Position numbers and translations under genes: made by a program. Under the pieces are notes generated by a model. It made no database searches and was not told the origin of the DNA. It saw only the letters and a list, made by a program, of their open reading frames with translations. Shown in pieces: positions 1 to 14,309 of a stretch of DNA of 64,000 bases. Positions within the stretch are counted from its first letter, which is position 1. Each line of letters opens with the position of its first letter. Origin of the DNA: Felis catus (Eukaryota); contig NC_058368.1 in NCBI RefSeq assembly GCF_018350175.1, positions 168,890,001 to 168,954,000 on the forward strand. The letters are read 5' to 3'.

Positions 1-429
1 AGGTAAAGGTAGTCCAGAAGGTCTGAATTTTGGGTGCTTTCTTAACCTAAATTTAACTTTTCTTAATCTAACTTGACTTTTGGTCTTTTTTACATGTCAA
101 TTTAGCCACTCAGTGCTTAACTATTTCACTAGCTCTTCAGGCTTCTGGAACAAAAATTTCGGACTTTTTCATTTTTGTTCTTCCTATTTTATCCAGCTTT
201 TTCAGTGGTTGAGGGGAGAGTCGGGTGATCCATGTATTTTACCATTATTTGAAATGAAAAAGCTCTCTACCAATCAGTTTTGCAACTTTAAAATAATAAC
301 TCTTCTGCCTGCCAGACAACATTCTTTAGATAGTATATTTTTGATAGTATCTGTAAAGGGGAAATTAACCTAAAAGTACTGTTCAAATGGAAAGTAGCAT
401 TTTTGAAATAATTGCTTTTTTACATTTCT

Positions 430-1885
430 CATTAAAAAAAATCAGCTTCATGGAAATAGTTTACATGCAACAAAATTCACGGGTTTTAAATGTATTCAAT
501 GAAATATCAGTAAATTGATTATTTTCATAAACTTCCAGAATTCCTTTTTCTTGGCAATCTTCCACAACCTTTGCCTTAGGCAACCACTGCTCTGATTTAT
601 AGCATTATAGATTTGCCCATATCTAACAATTTATATAAGTGGACTCTTTATTTATGCCATGTATATAAAGTATATTTGGCCTTATTAGCTTGGCAAAATG
701 TTGTGCAAATGCTCTGTTGGATGCATTTGTAGTAAATTGTTGCTGAATAGTAACTAATTGCCTGATTATACCAAAATTTGTTTATCCATTCTCCTTTAGA
801 TGTGACATTGCCAAATTGTCTTCCAAAATGGCTATTCCATTCCAAATCCTTAACTAACAATGTATGAGTCAGTATTCCAGTTGTTCCGCATCCTCACATC
901 TTCTGATACTGTTAATCTTTTGAATTTTAGTCTTCTAAGTGGGTGTGAAATGGCATCTTAATGTGGTTTGTAGCTTTATGTCCCTGACACATAATGTCAT
1001 TTTTGATGAACTTACTATTCGTGCATCTTCTTTTGATTTTTTTTACCCAATTTTTTTTTAGAAGTTTTTAATTTAAATTCTGGTTGGTTACATACAGTGT
1101 AATATTAGTTTCAGGTGTACAATATAGTGGTTAAATACTTCCATACAACAAGCAGTGCTCCTCATAACAATTGTACTCCTTGATCCCTATCACCTGTTTC
1201 ACCCGTCCCACCATCTTCCTCCCCTCTGGTAACCATTAGTTTTGTTCTCTATAATTAAGAGTCTGTTTCTTGGTTTGCCTCCCTCTCTCCCTGCCCTCCC
1301 TTGTTCATTTGTTTTGTTTCTTAAATTCCACATGAGTGAAATCATATGGTGTTTGTCTTTCTGACTTAATTTTGCTTAGCATAATACTCTCTAGTTCCAT
1401 CCACATCATTGCAAATGGCAAGAGTTCATTCTTTTTTGTGGCTGAGTAATACTCTAGTATGTGTGCGCATGAGCGTGTGTGTATCACATCTTCTTTAACC
1501 ATTCATCAGTCCATGGAGACTTGAGCTGTTTCCATAATTTGGCTATTATAGATTTTTATCCAGTTTCTTAAAATTGGGTTTTTCTTAACTTGTTACTGAG
1601 GTATGAATTCTCTATATATTCTACAAAAAAATTATTTGTTAGATGTAATGCAAAAATTCTCCCAGATTGTAGTTTGCCTTTTTACTTTTCAAATGATGGC
1701 CTTGGGAAGAATTTTTATAATTTTGTTGATAATTTTTTGTTTTATAATTTTGTTTGAAATTTTGATGAATTTTATAGTTCATGCTTTTGTGCCCTAAGAA
1801 ATTTTGCTTACTGCCTTCGTCATGGAGCTATCCTCCTGTGTATTTTTTCCAGGTCCTTTATAGCTCTAGCTTTATATTTAGATTG
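430..1885 (-). mobile_element. Old L1 (L1M-type) 3' fragment, interrupted by a younger L1
   Basis: Degenerate antisense L1 motifs, e.g. caaccactgctctgatt, ccaaattgtcttccaaaatggct, gggtgtgaaatggcatcttaatgtggttt. Confidence 0.65.
1052..1552 (-). mobile_element. Carnivore L1 3' end (5'-truncated)
   Basis: Antisense 3'UTR (tacagtgtaatattagtttcaggtgtac...ctctggtaacc) and ORF2 C-terminal remnant (ORF 1305-1502: EYYSATKKNELLPFAMMWMELE). Confidence 0.85.
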
Positions 1886-2782
1886 AAAGACTATACACGT
1901 AAACTGAAAAAAGTCAATGTTCTCTTTGCTGACCTATGAAGAAAATATATCATTCTAGGATTTTCTTTTTTTTTCCTCTTTCTCTCTTCCCCCCATACCT
2001 TTTTTTCCTTCCTGCCTCTCCATCATATCTTCCTCTCTTTCCTTCTTTCTTGCTTCATTCCTTGTTGATTTTTCTTTTAAAAAAATTTGGGTGTCTTTTT
2101 ATCTATGGTATTGTGTAGTTTCCTAGCTGAGATTTGTACATGATAAAGTGTCCCCTAAGTAGGAATTAGTTCTTGAGATTAGATAATAGGGTGTTCTTTT
2201 ATAGTGGCATGTTTGCATTACTAAGCTTGTGTACCCTAGGGATACTGGAATTAATGTTTGTTGCTTTATTATACTACGAGAAAGTACTTGGGAAAGATAA
2301 GGGACTACATGCAGTTGCAGAGACAGCTATAACTCATGGCCACTTTACATGTGGAAAAATTAGCTGTTAGTAGTGTAATTTTCTGTAATTTATTGGGAAT
2401 TGGACATTTTGCATTATATGATAATATTCCCTCATATATTTATGACACAACTGTTGTAAAATGACCAATTAGGGCAGAGCCTAAACTTGATGGTGGGAGG
2501 AAAGGGCGTGCTGTGTTCTAGTTACAGGAATACTATCATTTTGAGGGCTGAGATTTGTGATAGAAGTTAGCAATAATGTAGATTTTTAAATCCTATGATG
2601 GAGTAACATTTCTTAAATCTGTCTGTGTTATACCCTCTTAAAGTTACAACTTGTTAGTGTGCTGTTGATTTAATGGTCTGAATAAAATACTCCTTAGTTC
2701 TCTTTGCTACTGCCTCAAATGCATCTTACAGGAAATGTATTCTTGGTTGGGCTAAAAAAATTGTTCTTTTTCTTTGCCCTAG

Positions 2783-2839
2783 GATAAGAAATGGGTTCTC
2801 AATCATGAAGATGTCACGTTGGGAGAACTACTGGGCAAG
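2783..2839 (+). CDS. FER: FER tyrosine kinase internal coding exon (57 nt; approx. human exon 14), DKKWVLNHEDVTLGELLGK
   Basis: Acceptor ttctttttctttgccctag| and donor AAG|gtatgt, phase 0/0. The translation matches the FER/FES kinase-domain start and joins in frame to GNFGEVYKG (GxGxxG loop). Not in the ORF track. Confidence 0.96.
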
Positions 2840-4382
2840 GTATGTAGTCAGCTGAGCTTACAGTGTCTGTGTACTCTACAGACTTCTTCATTTTCTTCAA
2901 AGCTTTTCTTCCATTCCAGCACACAGCAAGGCACATTCTCACAGGAACCTAGAATAACACTATACCACATCTGTTACAAATACTGTGATGGTCACTGAAA
3001 TAAAAAGGGGAAAATCTTTGAAAAGTTTAAGGATGATTCTTGGCTTTTTAAAATAGTATATGTATGTTTTTCTCTGGAAGAACTAAAAGCCGTAATGATT
3101 TTATTGCAGTGTGGTAAAGCCAAAACTAGTGATCTGAGATTGGAAAAGAAGCTGTGACGTAATAAAAGTTTAAACACTCAGTAGGCTTGTTCCATTTGTT
3201 TCTGGTTATACATGATAGTTCAAGAAAAGTGACTTACTGCTCTTGAAGATTTCAGGATTGTGTATAGAATCTCACTATGTGACAACACTAGATACATTAT
3301 TTCAATCTAATAATTATGTGGATAAGACATGTTTCAATATAAAGATTGATTTTATAGCCGCTCTGGTAGTGGTCAGAGAAGGTAGCTATATATGATGAAA
3401 GTCCCTTTTCTCCAGACTAGTTTGAAGTTTCTTCCAACTCATAGGCCAGATGAAAGTGTATTATGTTTAATAATAATAGCAGACATTTTATAATCATTAA
3501 TCAAATCATTAATCATTATTTGCAAATTTATTAATAGCTTTTTTATGATTGAGTTCTAATGGATAAATATGACTTTGTCAATGAATTAATTAGTGCTGTT
3601 TTGTTTTGAAAGTTTGAATTGAGTATAGGCTTACAGTGCAATGTGAAAAATAGTATAAAATTCAGATGTTTGGAGAAAACTGTGATGCATGTATTTGATC
3701 AATACTAGACTTAGAGCTCAGCATTTTAAATAAAGAAATAAATGATTATTGATTTTTTTATTCAAATATCAACTGATGAGTTGACAATCCTTATGTTTTT
3801 TTAGCTGTGAATATGTTGAGAAAGTAAATCCCTAGTGAAGTAATCCACTTTGCAGGATTCTTCATATTATTTTAAAATATCCTTTCCAAATGGAAGAATT
3901 AAATTGCTGTTGGAAAGCAGTTTCTATTGACTGCTAATAATTACTTTGTAAGTAAATTCTAAAGAATCTCAAGTCAAAAGCAGTAGCTGATGTGTTTATT
4001 TCATTTGTGATGTGTTCATCATTCCTAAGGAAGTATTCCTTCTTTCCATTACTTTAGGTCAGTAAGTCAGTAGCAATAATTGGACCAAAAATTATTACAA
4101 GGAAATTAAATTTTCTTGAAAACACAACTAAAATATTGTAAAATTAAACCATTTACTAAAATAGAATGGATTGATAAGGACTGCTTTTTGAGTACTAAGC
4201 AAAAATATTTTCAGTTAAAGAGAAATATTTCAGTTATGTTTATGTTTAGTTTACTATGTGAAATATGTATGGTATGTTAGGAAAGGATTTTAACCTTTAG
4301 CTCATTACTAGGGCCATTTCAAAGAATAATATTTTTTCAATGACAAGACAGTAGTATGGTGTCAGTTTAAATAAATTTAATC

Positions 4383-4528
4383 ATTTTTAAAAGTTTATTT
4401 ATTTTGAGAGAGTGAAAAGAGAGAACACGTGTATGTGTGCATGAATGAGGGAGGGCCAAAAAGAGAAGGAGACAGGGAGGGAGGGAGACAGAGAGAGAGA
4501 GAGAGAAATCTCAAGCAGCCTCCACACA
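4383..4528 (-). mobile_element. 3' half of a Can-SINE
   Basis: tttatttattttgagaga...GA-rich...gaaatctcaagcagcctccacac, the antisense SINE tail and CT-rich region. Confidence 0.75.
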
Positions 4529-4529
4529 G

Positions 4530-4927
4530 TCACAATGGAATATTATTCAGCCATGAAAAAAGAATGCAATCTTGCCATTTGCAACAACATGGATGGATCC
4601 AAATTGTATAATGCTAAGCAAAGTAAGTCAGAGAAAGATAAATACCATATGATTACAGTTATGTGTAGAATTTAAGAAACAAAACACGTGAACAAACAAA
4701 AAAAGAGGCAAACCAAAAAATACTCTTAACTATAAAGAACAAACAGATCATTACCAGAGGGCAGTGAATGGGGAGAATGGGTGAAATAGGTGAAGGGGGT
4801 TAAGAGTGTAGACGTATCATGATGAGCACTGAGTAATATTTGGAATTGCTGAATCACCATATTGTACACCTGAAACTAATATAACACTGTTAAATACACT
4901 GGAATTAAAATTTTTAAAGAAAAAAAA
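4530..4927 (+). mobile_element. Carnivore L1 3' end
   Basis: acaatggaatattattcagccatgaaaaa...tgtacacctgaaactaatataacactgt followed by an A-rich tail. Confidence 0.85.
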
Positions 4928-5071
4928 TGCTATGAAACTTTGCTGACAGAAATTGGACGTAAATATATGTACATATATAAAATACTTTATTAAAACATTT
5001 TCATAATTTTCAATTTATTAATACATAAAACTTACACACCTTGAACTATTGGTTAAGAGTTACATTGATCT

Positions 5072-6045
5072 TAAAATGAACTACTGGGACCTCATCAAAA
5101 TAAAAAGCTTCTGCACAGTGAAGGAAACAATCAGCAAAACTAAAAGGCAACCAGAAGAATAGAAGATATTTGCAAACGACATGTCAGATAAAGGGTTAGT
5201 ATCCAAAATCTATAAAGAACTTATCAAACTCAACACCCAAAAAACAAATAATACAGTGAAGAAATGGGCAAAAGACATGAATGGACACTTCTCCAAAGAC
5301 ATCCAGGTGGCACACTGACACATGAAAAAATGCTCAACATCACTCATCATCCAGGAAATACAAATCAAAACCACAATGAGATACCACCTTACACCTCTCA
5401 GAATGGCTAACAATAACTCAGGCAACAACAGATGTTGGCGAGAATGCGGAGAAAGAGGATCTCTTGGGTGCAGCCACTCTGGAAAACAGTATGGCGGTTC
5501 CTCAAAAAATTAAAAATAGAACTATCCTATGACCCAGCAATTGCATGACTAGGTATTTATCCAAGGGATACAGGTATGCTGTTTCGAAGGGACACATGTA
5601 CCTCAATGTTTATAGCAGCACTATCGACAATAGCCAAAGTATGGAAAGAGCCCAAATGTCCATCGATGGATGAATGGATAAAGAAGATGTGGTATATATA
5701 TACAATGAAGTATTACTTGGCAATCAAAAAGAATGAAATCTTGTCATTTGCAACTAAGTGGATGGAACTAGAGGGTATTAATGCTAAGCGAAATTAGTCA
5801 GAGAAAGACAAATATATGACTTCACTCATAGGAGGACTTTAAGATACAAAACAGATGAACATAAGGGAAGCAAACATAATATAAAAAACAGAAGAGACTC
5901 ATAAATATGGAGAACAAACTGAGGGTTGCTGGAGGGGTTGTGGGAGGGGGGATGGGCTAAATGGGTAAGGGGCATTAAGAAATCCACTCCTGAAATCATT
6001 GTTGCACTATATGCTAACTAATTTGGATGTAAATTGAAAAAAAAA
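5072..6045 (+). mobile_element. 5'-truncated felid-type L1 (ORF2 C-terminus, 3'UTR, polyA)
   Basis: Perfect 17-bp TSD aagagttacattgatct at 5055-5071 and 6046-6062. ORF2 remnants [25 protein letters not shown] and WKEPKCPSMDEWIKKMWYIY. Confidence 0.95.
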
Positions 6046-6855
6046 AAGAGTTACATTGATCTGAGACCTTAAGCCCAATAATTAGCAGACCCCTAGTTTA
6101 GTTACTTATTGTTCAACAATAGCATTGAAGCTTATTATAATACTTGCATATTAGGATTAGAGTTATGTAAAAAATATATAAGCATACCTAAAAACTTGAG
6201 TACTAAGAAATAGCTGTTGGATTAGCTCTGTAGCTCATCCTTGTAATATTTTATTTCATCTTAAAAATTAAAAAAAATGACTTCAAACTTGAAATAACAC
6301 ACATAAAAGTCAAAATATGTTAGAGACTTAGAACAAAGTTAGGGATTTATACATTTGGTAGAAACCCAACATGGGTGACACTGGCATTTGGATAAGCACT
6401 TCCTCTTCCTTGGTACCTTTCAGAGATTGACAGTCTGCTGACGGGTGACAGTCACTAGTGGGCCTGGTTCGATTGCCTCTTACCTATTGCCTTACGCTCT
6501 TCAACTGACATTTGACTCTGTGGATCCATAGCAACAGCCACCTCATGGAATCTTTGCTTTATCTTGAAACATTAATGGTTAACTTCTTAATCTAACAACA
6601 GTTAGAGGTTGGGGGTAAAGAGAACTAGGAGGCAGGAAACAATGTCTTTCTGATGGTTTCAACTTGAGTTTCTCTTTTTATCCTGTTCCAATTTTTTCCC
6701 TGATTTTCCTTTTCAGTTCTCCTCATGCTTCAATCCCCCAAAGGGTAGGTGGGTCGGGTAGTATTTTTAAAGTTGGAGGATTGACAAGAGTAACATTTCC
6801 CATCTTTTATTTCTACCTAAAACTCTGAATAAAGCTAAAAGAATACTTTGATTAA

Positions 6856-7065
<210 letters not shown>

Positions 7066-7344
7066 TGAGTTTGCTAAAGTAATATTAAACATGTATTTAT
7101 AAGTTACTATTACAACATTGAAATATGAAGTTTGGGATTATCTTAAATTATGATTTACTGAAGTAGAAGGAAGCACTTTCCAAACCCTCGCAAGTAAGCA
7201 CTTACACAATATAGAAACAAAAAGTTTATTTGTTTTTAGTTGGACTATAGAATGTTTATTCAATCATGGTCAAAAGAACCAGATGCTAAAAAACAGTGAG
7301 TATTCTTCAGTATTGGAATATTGCAGTGTTTTTTGCTTTTATCA

Positions 7345-7428
7345 CATATACATACATTTATATGTATGTATATGTGCATGTATATGTATATGTGTATGTA
7401 TATGTGTATATGTGTATGTATGTATATG
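7345..7428. repeat. Degenerate (TATG/TATA)n microsatellite
   Basis: atatgtatgtatatgtgcatgtatatgtatatgtgtatg... Confidence 0.85.
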
Positions 7429-7883
7429 TAAAGACAATGTGATTGTCTTTATAATAAAAATATTATTTTAGTCCATATACAAAACACAATTGATGTAAAT
7501 ACATTTAGATATTTATAATTATATCTATCCAACCCTCCTTAGATGTTTTCTCTTGATTGTCTGTTACCTTTCTTTTCGGAGAAGCTCAGATTTCTTCTTC
7601 AACTCCTTGTTGGGCATTTGTTCCAAAATTTGTACATTGTTTCTTTTCTAATCTTCTAGGATAATTGTCTTCTCTTTTTTTATTAGCTAAAAGTTAATGT
7701 TCTAATACCCCTGTATTGTGTGTGGTTAATAGTATTCTGTTAGCAGTAAAACCCACAACACAGTACAAAACAAATGGAAAAATGTTTTGGACAAAATAAG
7801 GATGGACTCTCTGAGATGCATGGATATATGGATGGGAAAGAAGGAAGATACATGGATCCATGTGCTGTAAAGGGAGAAAGGGA

Positions 7884-7885
<2 letters not shown>

Positions 7886-7932
<47 letters not shown>

Positions 7933-7945
7933 TGTCTGTCTGTCT
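7886..7945. repeat. (GT)n microsatellite of about 22 units, followed by (TCTG)n
   Basis: Seen directly in the sequence. Confidence 0.97.
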
Positions 7946-9561
7946 ATCATGGCGTAGTGTATAAAATTGAGGTTTCTATAAAGTGCTGTAAAAGAACCAA
8001 GCTTATGGCAATGAGAGAACTAAGTGCCATAGGATGGAACATTTTCATGGATGTTTGTTCATTCAGCATCTAAAAGTGAATATTGCTAGCAATGGATTAA
8101 CCTAGTTGGTGCGCTTGTTAAATATGATCTAGAGAATAAAGATGTTACTGGTAGGTTGAAAATATGGTATGATAAAGGCATGCTATCAGACTTGTATTTC
8201 ATAGGCTGATTATTTTATAGGTGGTATTAAGGTACAAGGTTATATATTACATTATTTTTTTTTAAAGCTAGTTTTCTTGCTTTCTAAATTGTGACTGTTT
8301 TATTGAGAAATAAAGTATTAAATTTCCTAAAGTGGAAAAATCCATTTTCAAAAGTAGAATTACAAACTTTTATGTAAAAAATGAGAATTGTATCTATGCA
8401 CATTCCCAAATGTCATTTAATAGATGATAGAACTATATATTTAGATATTTAATATGGAGTCCATGCTGGCTATTTTGTGGAATTTCTTTACTAAGCAGTT
8501 TCCAACCTAAGAAATGACACTTTGGATTAGGGTCAAACATTCTAAGACTTCATTTTTAATTCTTCATAGAAGTTGAAAGCTCAAGGTTAGTGACAGAATA
8601 TTTTCCCCATCTCTAGAATTTTTTCTACTCTTCTATCTTTTTTCACTTATAAGTCGTTATATATTTTCAATCTAAGGCATTTTTCTTGGAGTTATCTCTG
8701 CTTTAGTTGGGCTTATACAAAACATATATGAACTGTTTTTTTCTTTCTCCCAATAGTGATTTTTTCATTCTCTTAGGAAACTGCATTTTTCAAATATGAG
8801 TGAATTTATAACTATGTCAGTAGGGTAATATGGAATAAGATTTGGTAATAGAAATATTCAGGGTAGATGGGCCTTTGAGGGAATCTAATTTATTTTAACT
8901 CATGCTTGGAGTTCTATGGATGAATCTGTGCTATTTTTATAGCCCTCTGATGAAATTTTGGCTTTATCCAAACAAAGTCCCCTTTGTTTCAGCTTCAGTG
9001 TATATTGAAACTGTTACTAAATTATTTTTGAACCTGTAGTCCACTTTCTCAAAACTTGAATTTTTACTATTTTGAAATTGATCACTATAATTAAGATAGT
9101 ATTTTACAAAATCTAATGAGATGATCAGCCTATAAAATTTACCAATATGAATTGAATTCTTATTTATGTATTTTCAATCAAGTGTGTACATAAAAACAAA
9201 ACAAAAAGATGCCAACCTAGCAGCTTATAGTTCTGGTCCACTAAATGCTTGTCAGTTACGCTTTTGTGGTAGTGGCTAAAACCAGATACTTGGAAGGGAG
9301 TGTAATGTTTGGGACTAAGTAAGATGTTCAGGTTTAGCATGATTATTAGAGTGGATAATAATTTTTAAATGAATATTGAATTAAGGAGAATTGATTCCTT
9401 TTACCTATAGTTTGCTAATATTTATTTAAACTTGTATACATCCATCAATTATCATAATTTGGTTTCATATTGAAGCTTTAAAAAGAGAATTATATTGACT
9501 AAAGTATATTCTACTTGGGCATGCTGTTGATGATCATAAATTAATGCTTTTTTTTATTTAA

Positions 9562-9771
<210 letters not shown>

Positions 9772-10759
9772 TGAAAAGTTTTCAGCAATTCTGTTTAACA
9801 TTTTCCTGATGACAAAGAGCTATGTATATACCCAATATTTTTATAGTCTTTAATACTTGGCTGTTATATAGAAAATGTCATCCACCTGTTTTTTTGGGGG
9901 GAGATACATTATTATAGTGCAATTACACATGGAATTTAGTTAGGTATATTTTTGTTAGAAAACCTGTTTATAAAAATAGTCTACTTGGTTTAACTTTATA
10001 ACAATGATAGTACTATCTTCTATCTTGTTCATTGTGTATTATTTTCCAAGTACAATACCACACATCCTCTTGTTTGGCTGCATATAAAATTCCATAGTGC
10101 TTTGAATCCCTTATCAACTATGAACATCTTTCATAAGTGAACAAAGAAAAATTAATCTGTTGAGGAATTTTTCCTATATTTCTTTATGGTGACTTTGAAC
10201 ACCTCTGGGTCTTGTGGTTAACCACTTTTTCCAAAAAGCAAGGATAACTTTGAACTTATAGTGTGTATTTTTAAGTTACTTTCACTGTATATCATCCTGT
10301 TGTAGAAAATATCATTAGAGGTAAAATTTGATCTTGGTAAAATTTATAAAAGTAATATTTAATAATAAATACTTGCTTTAACTAGTATTTATGCATTTTA
10401 AAAGAAACTTAAAGGAATATGAAAAATATTTCTAATTTTAATATACATTAGATAAACCTGATATTATAGATTGCCCATTAAATATTGCTCACACAATTCT
10501 GCTATTATTTAAGGATAGTTAGTCTCATTTTTATCACACTGGTTTGCCTGCTACGGAGTAGTTCTTGATATTACCATATAACTGCAGGATTTAGGATTAT
10601 CATCTTCATCCTCATCAGGATAGCACTGTTATATACATTGTATGTTATTTATGATCTATATCATAAGTAGTTTCAATATAGTTATGAAAAATGTTAGAGT
10701 ACAGTCTAAAATTTTGAAAACAATTGAATTGCTTATAGTTTTAATTAAGTAATATCATA

Positions 10760-10956
10760 GGGGTGCCTGGGTGGCTCAGTTGGTTGACTGTCCGACTTCT
10801 GCTTAGGTCATCATGTCGCGGTTCATGAGTTCAAGCCCCACATTGGGCTCTGTGCTGACATCTCAGAGCCTGGAGCCTGCTTCAGATTCTGTGTCTCCCT
10901 CTCTGCCCCTCCCCCACTCATGCTCTGTCTGTCTCTGTCTCAAAAAAAAAAAAAAA
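10760..10956 (+). mobile_element. Can-SINE (tRNA-derived, felid type)
   Basis: ggggtgcctgggtggctcagttggtt head, CT-rich region and polyA. Confidence 0.95.
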
Positions 10957-11633
10957 TCACATACATGAAGTCCCCAGTTAATAGGGCATGTCTCTGAGAA
11001 ACTGAGATTTGAAAGGTGGGGCTGAGTTGATGAGGAAAAGTGATCTTGGTCTTAGCATGGATGACAAATGCCAGATAGCAGGTACAAGTTGAACAAAAGA
11101 ATAGAGCATTGCAGGAGTGCCAGGGAAGTGTTCATCTGACACTGACAAATAACTTATATTGATGTTTTTAAAAGAATAAGAAAACTAAGCCCCATTAGAA
11201 AATTGAAAGTGTAATGGAAAATAGAAAATTAAAAATGAAGATCTCCCACTTAATAATCTAAGCCTGTCTCAAAGCTAGTTGATAACTAAGTATATGTGTG
11301 TGTTTCCAGGAAAATGTTTAATGTATAAAAACATACTCTTAAACTTTTCAGATCTTTTTTCTCTTAATAGTATAACTTAGGGTCTCATTGTTTGATATTT
11401 ATCCATGTAGTTATATCTTTTTGTTTGTAATGGTTTCAGAATATTCCATTTTATGGATTTATGTAATTTAATCAGTCTTCCACTTAGGGAGACTGTGTGT
11501 GTGTGCGATATATATATCAACGTTGAATGAATATATTTGGACTAATAACATAATCATTTTGAACTATATAGGGTGCATTTTCAGCAATGGGATTATTGGT
11601 TGCAAGTGTATGTGCATTTTGATTTATAATAAA

Positions 11634-12177
11634 TGTATTAGCTTTCTATTGCTGCATAACAAATGATCACAGCCTAGCAGCTTTAATCAACATGCATTTA
11701 TTACCTCACAGTTCTATGGATCACAAGCATAGGCAATATTGATTGGGTTAACTGCTTAGGGTATCACAAAGCCCAAAATCGGGATTTCAGGCTGAGTTCT
11801 TATCTGGAGTCACTGGGAAGAATTGACTACTAACCTGTGTCTGTTGTGGCAGAATCCTGTTCCTTGAAGCTGAGAAGTGGTCTAAGTTGCTTTTATTGCT
11901 TGCTGTCAGCTGAAGGCATCTCTCATCTCCTTTAGGTTTCTACACTGTTTTTCCCATGGTCCCTCCATCTTCAGACTCAGCATAGTCATATCTTTCAAGT
12001 GTTTTTGATTTTTTTAAACTTACTCTTCTGTTATCAGCTGGAGAATATTCTCTCCTTTTTTGAAAGAAGAGAATGCCATATGACAACATAATTAGGGAAG
12101 TGATAACTGTGTTCACATGATCCAGGACGTAGGGTAGGCGATTGTTGGGAAGCCATATTCTAATTCTACTTCAGTAC
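11634..12177. mobile_element. MaLR (MLT1-type) solo LTR
   Basis: Typical terminus tgtattagctttctattgctgcataacaaatgatcacag...tttattacctcacagttctatgg; ends ...taca. Confidence 0.75.
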
Positions 12178-12229
12178 AGTACATTTTGCTAAATTTTTCA
12201 AAGATAGTTGCAGCATGGAATCTGAAACC

Positions 12230-12645
12230 ACAGTGATAAACTTTTCATACTCTCTTACACTAACTCCATTGCTTGAACTTGGAATTTGAATGTATCTTTA
12301 TCTGTGCATGATTCTGTAGCATCATGCTTCATCATTTAGAATATATCAGGTCACCAGGTTATATATATAGATCCTCAAAAAGGTGACATGATTCATTATA
12401 TAACATCAAAAGATCACATTTATTAATGTCAACAGTAGTCTCATCAGACAAATAATGGGAAGCTATCAAGTACATGGTGACAAATAGGTGTTTTCTAAAA
12501 TTTTAATTGTCACTGTAAAGTTTGGATTTTATCACTGGCAACAAAACCTGTCATTTTTTTTCCCCTTGAAGTGTCACGTTTACTTCATTTATTTGGGAAA
12601 ATGTGGGTCCAATATCTAATTTTTAATAAGCATAATTTGTCATTC
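12230..12645. mobile_element. hAT-Charlie (Charlie1-like) DNA transposon fragment
   Basis: ggattttatcactggcaacaaaacctgtca...cttgaagtgtcac...gaaaatgtgggtccaatatc resembles the Charlie1 consensus as I recall it. Confidence 0.6.
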
Positions 12646-12669
12646 TTTTTGAAAACCACTTTGATACAA

Positions 12670-14280
12670 TAACAACTTTTATAGGATACTTGATTGTCTG
12701 TGTATGGACTTAGTCATACCCTTCTCTACACCCTGTCTCAGGTAATCACTGATTTGCCTTCTGTTGCTATATTAGTTTGTATTTCTAGAATTTTGTATAA
12801 ATGAAATCATAGTCTACACTTTTTTTTTATTCTGGTCTGGTTTCTTTCATTTAGCATAATTATTTTGAGATTCAGCCATTTTGTATCAATAGTTTCCTTT
12901 TTATTGCTGAGTAGAGTGACCTCAGGAATATACCACCGTTTATCTATTCAGCTATTGATAGACTTTTGAGTTGTTTCTTTTCTGGGCCTACTGCAAATGA
13001 AACTGCTAAAAATAGTTATGTACGAGAGTTTGTAATGGACATGTGCTTTTATTTCTCTAGGGAAGGTACTAGGAAAGGGATGAATGAATAGTAGGGAATA
13101 TGCATGTTTAAATACTTAAGAAACTGCCAAATTGCCTTTTAAAGTGATTATACTAGTTTGCCTTCCCAGCAGCAGTGTTCTCTTTTCATCAACTCAGACT
13201 GGTCAGTCTTTAGCCATTCTAATATTTATGTAGAAATGTGTTAATGTTATTTGTCTTTTCTGACTAAAGATGTTGAGCATCTTTTCATGTGCTAATTTGC
13301 CATTCATGTATCTTCTTTGGTGAAATGTCTATTCAAACCATTTGCCCATTTGTAAAAATTGGGTTGTTTGTTACAATTGAGTCTTGGTTCTTAACATACT
13401 TTAGATACAAATCCTTTATCAGAAATGTTATTTTTCAAATATTTTCTCTTGGTCTGTGATTTATCTATTCATTATCTTAAGTGTCTTTTGGAAAGCAGAA
13501 GTTTTTAGTTTTGACAAAGTTTAAATTACCAAATTTTTTTTTCAAAGATCATGTTTTTCATGGTACATAGAAGAAAGTTTTGTCGACCCCAAGATCATAC
13601 AGGTTTTCTTTTATGCTTACTTCTATGTGTTTGATAGTTTAAGAATTCACATTTGAGTCTGTGATCCATTTCAAGTTAATTTTTATATATGCTGTGAAAA
13701 ACAGCTTAAGTTTATATTTTTGACATATGGATATGCAGTTCTTCCAGCACCACCTGTTTAAATTACTATCTTTTTTTCCCCTTATGGTGTTTCCCTCACC
13801 TACCTTGTTACATGCACTTTCATTTTAATTTTATGCATAGGTCTTTTTCTGGACTCTTCTTTTCTGTTGATTCTTTTGTTTGTCTTCATACCGATACAAC
13901 ACTGTCTTAATTACTGTAGCTTTATAATGTCTTGAAGTCGGGTAATGTAAGTGCTATAATTTGTTTCTTCATCATTTGGGCTATTAGAGGCCCTTAGCAT
14001 TTCCATATCAGTGTTAGTGTTCTTTTATAGTTCAAGAGTTTCTATATAAAGGTTTGCTGGCATTTAGGTTGGTATTGTACTGAGTCTGTAGATCAACTGG
14101 GGGTAAATAGATGGATTAACATTATTGTGTTTTCTGACCCATGGACATGGTATATCTTGCTAGTAAGATCTTTAACTTCTCTAAGCTAAGTTCTGTAGAG
14201 TTTGTATAGAGGACTTTCTGTCTTCTGTCAGACTTATCACTGAGTATTACTTTTTTTGTGAAGCCATAGTAAGTGATCTT
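12670..14280 (-). mobile_element. Old L1 3' segment (ORF2 end and 3'UTR), antisense
   Basis: gatgttgagcatcttttcatgtgc, tctgtgatccatttcaagttaattttt, ccagcaccacctgtt, ttaattactgtagctttata. Confidence 0.8.
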
Positions 14281-14309
14281 TAAAAGTAAATTTTATTTAA
14301 AAAGTATAT

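Noticed and set aside
7726..8073. ORFs with CV or TH repeats
   Set aside because: Caused by the (GT)n microsatellite.
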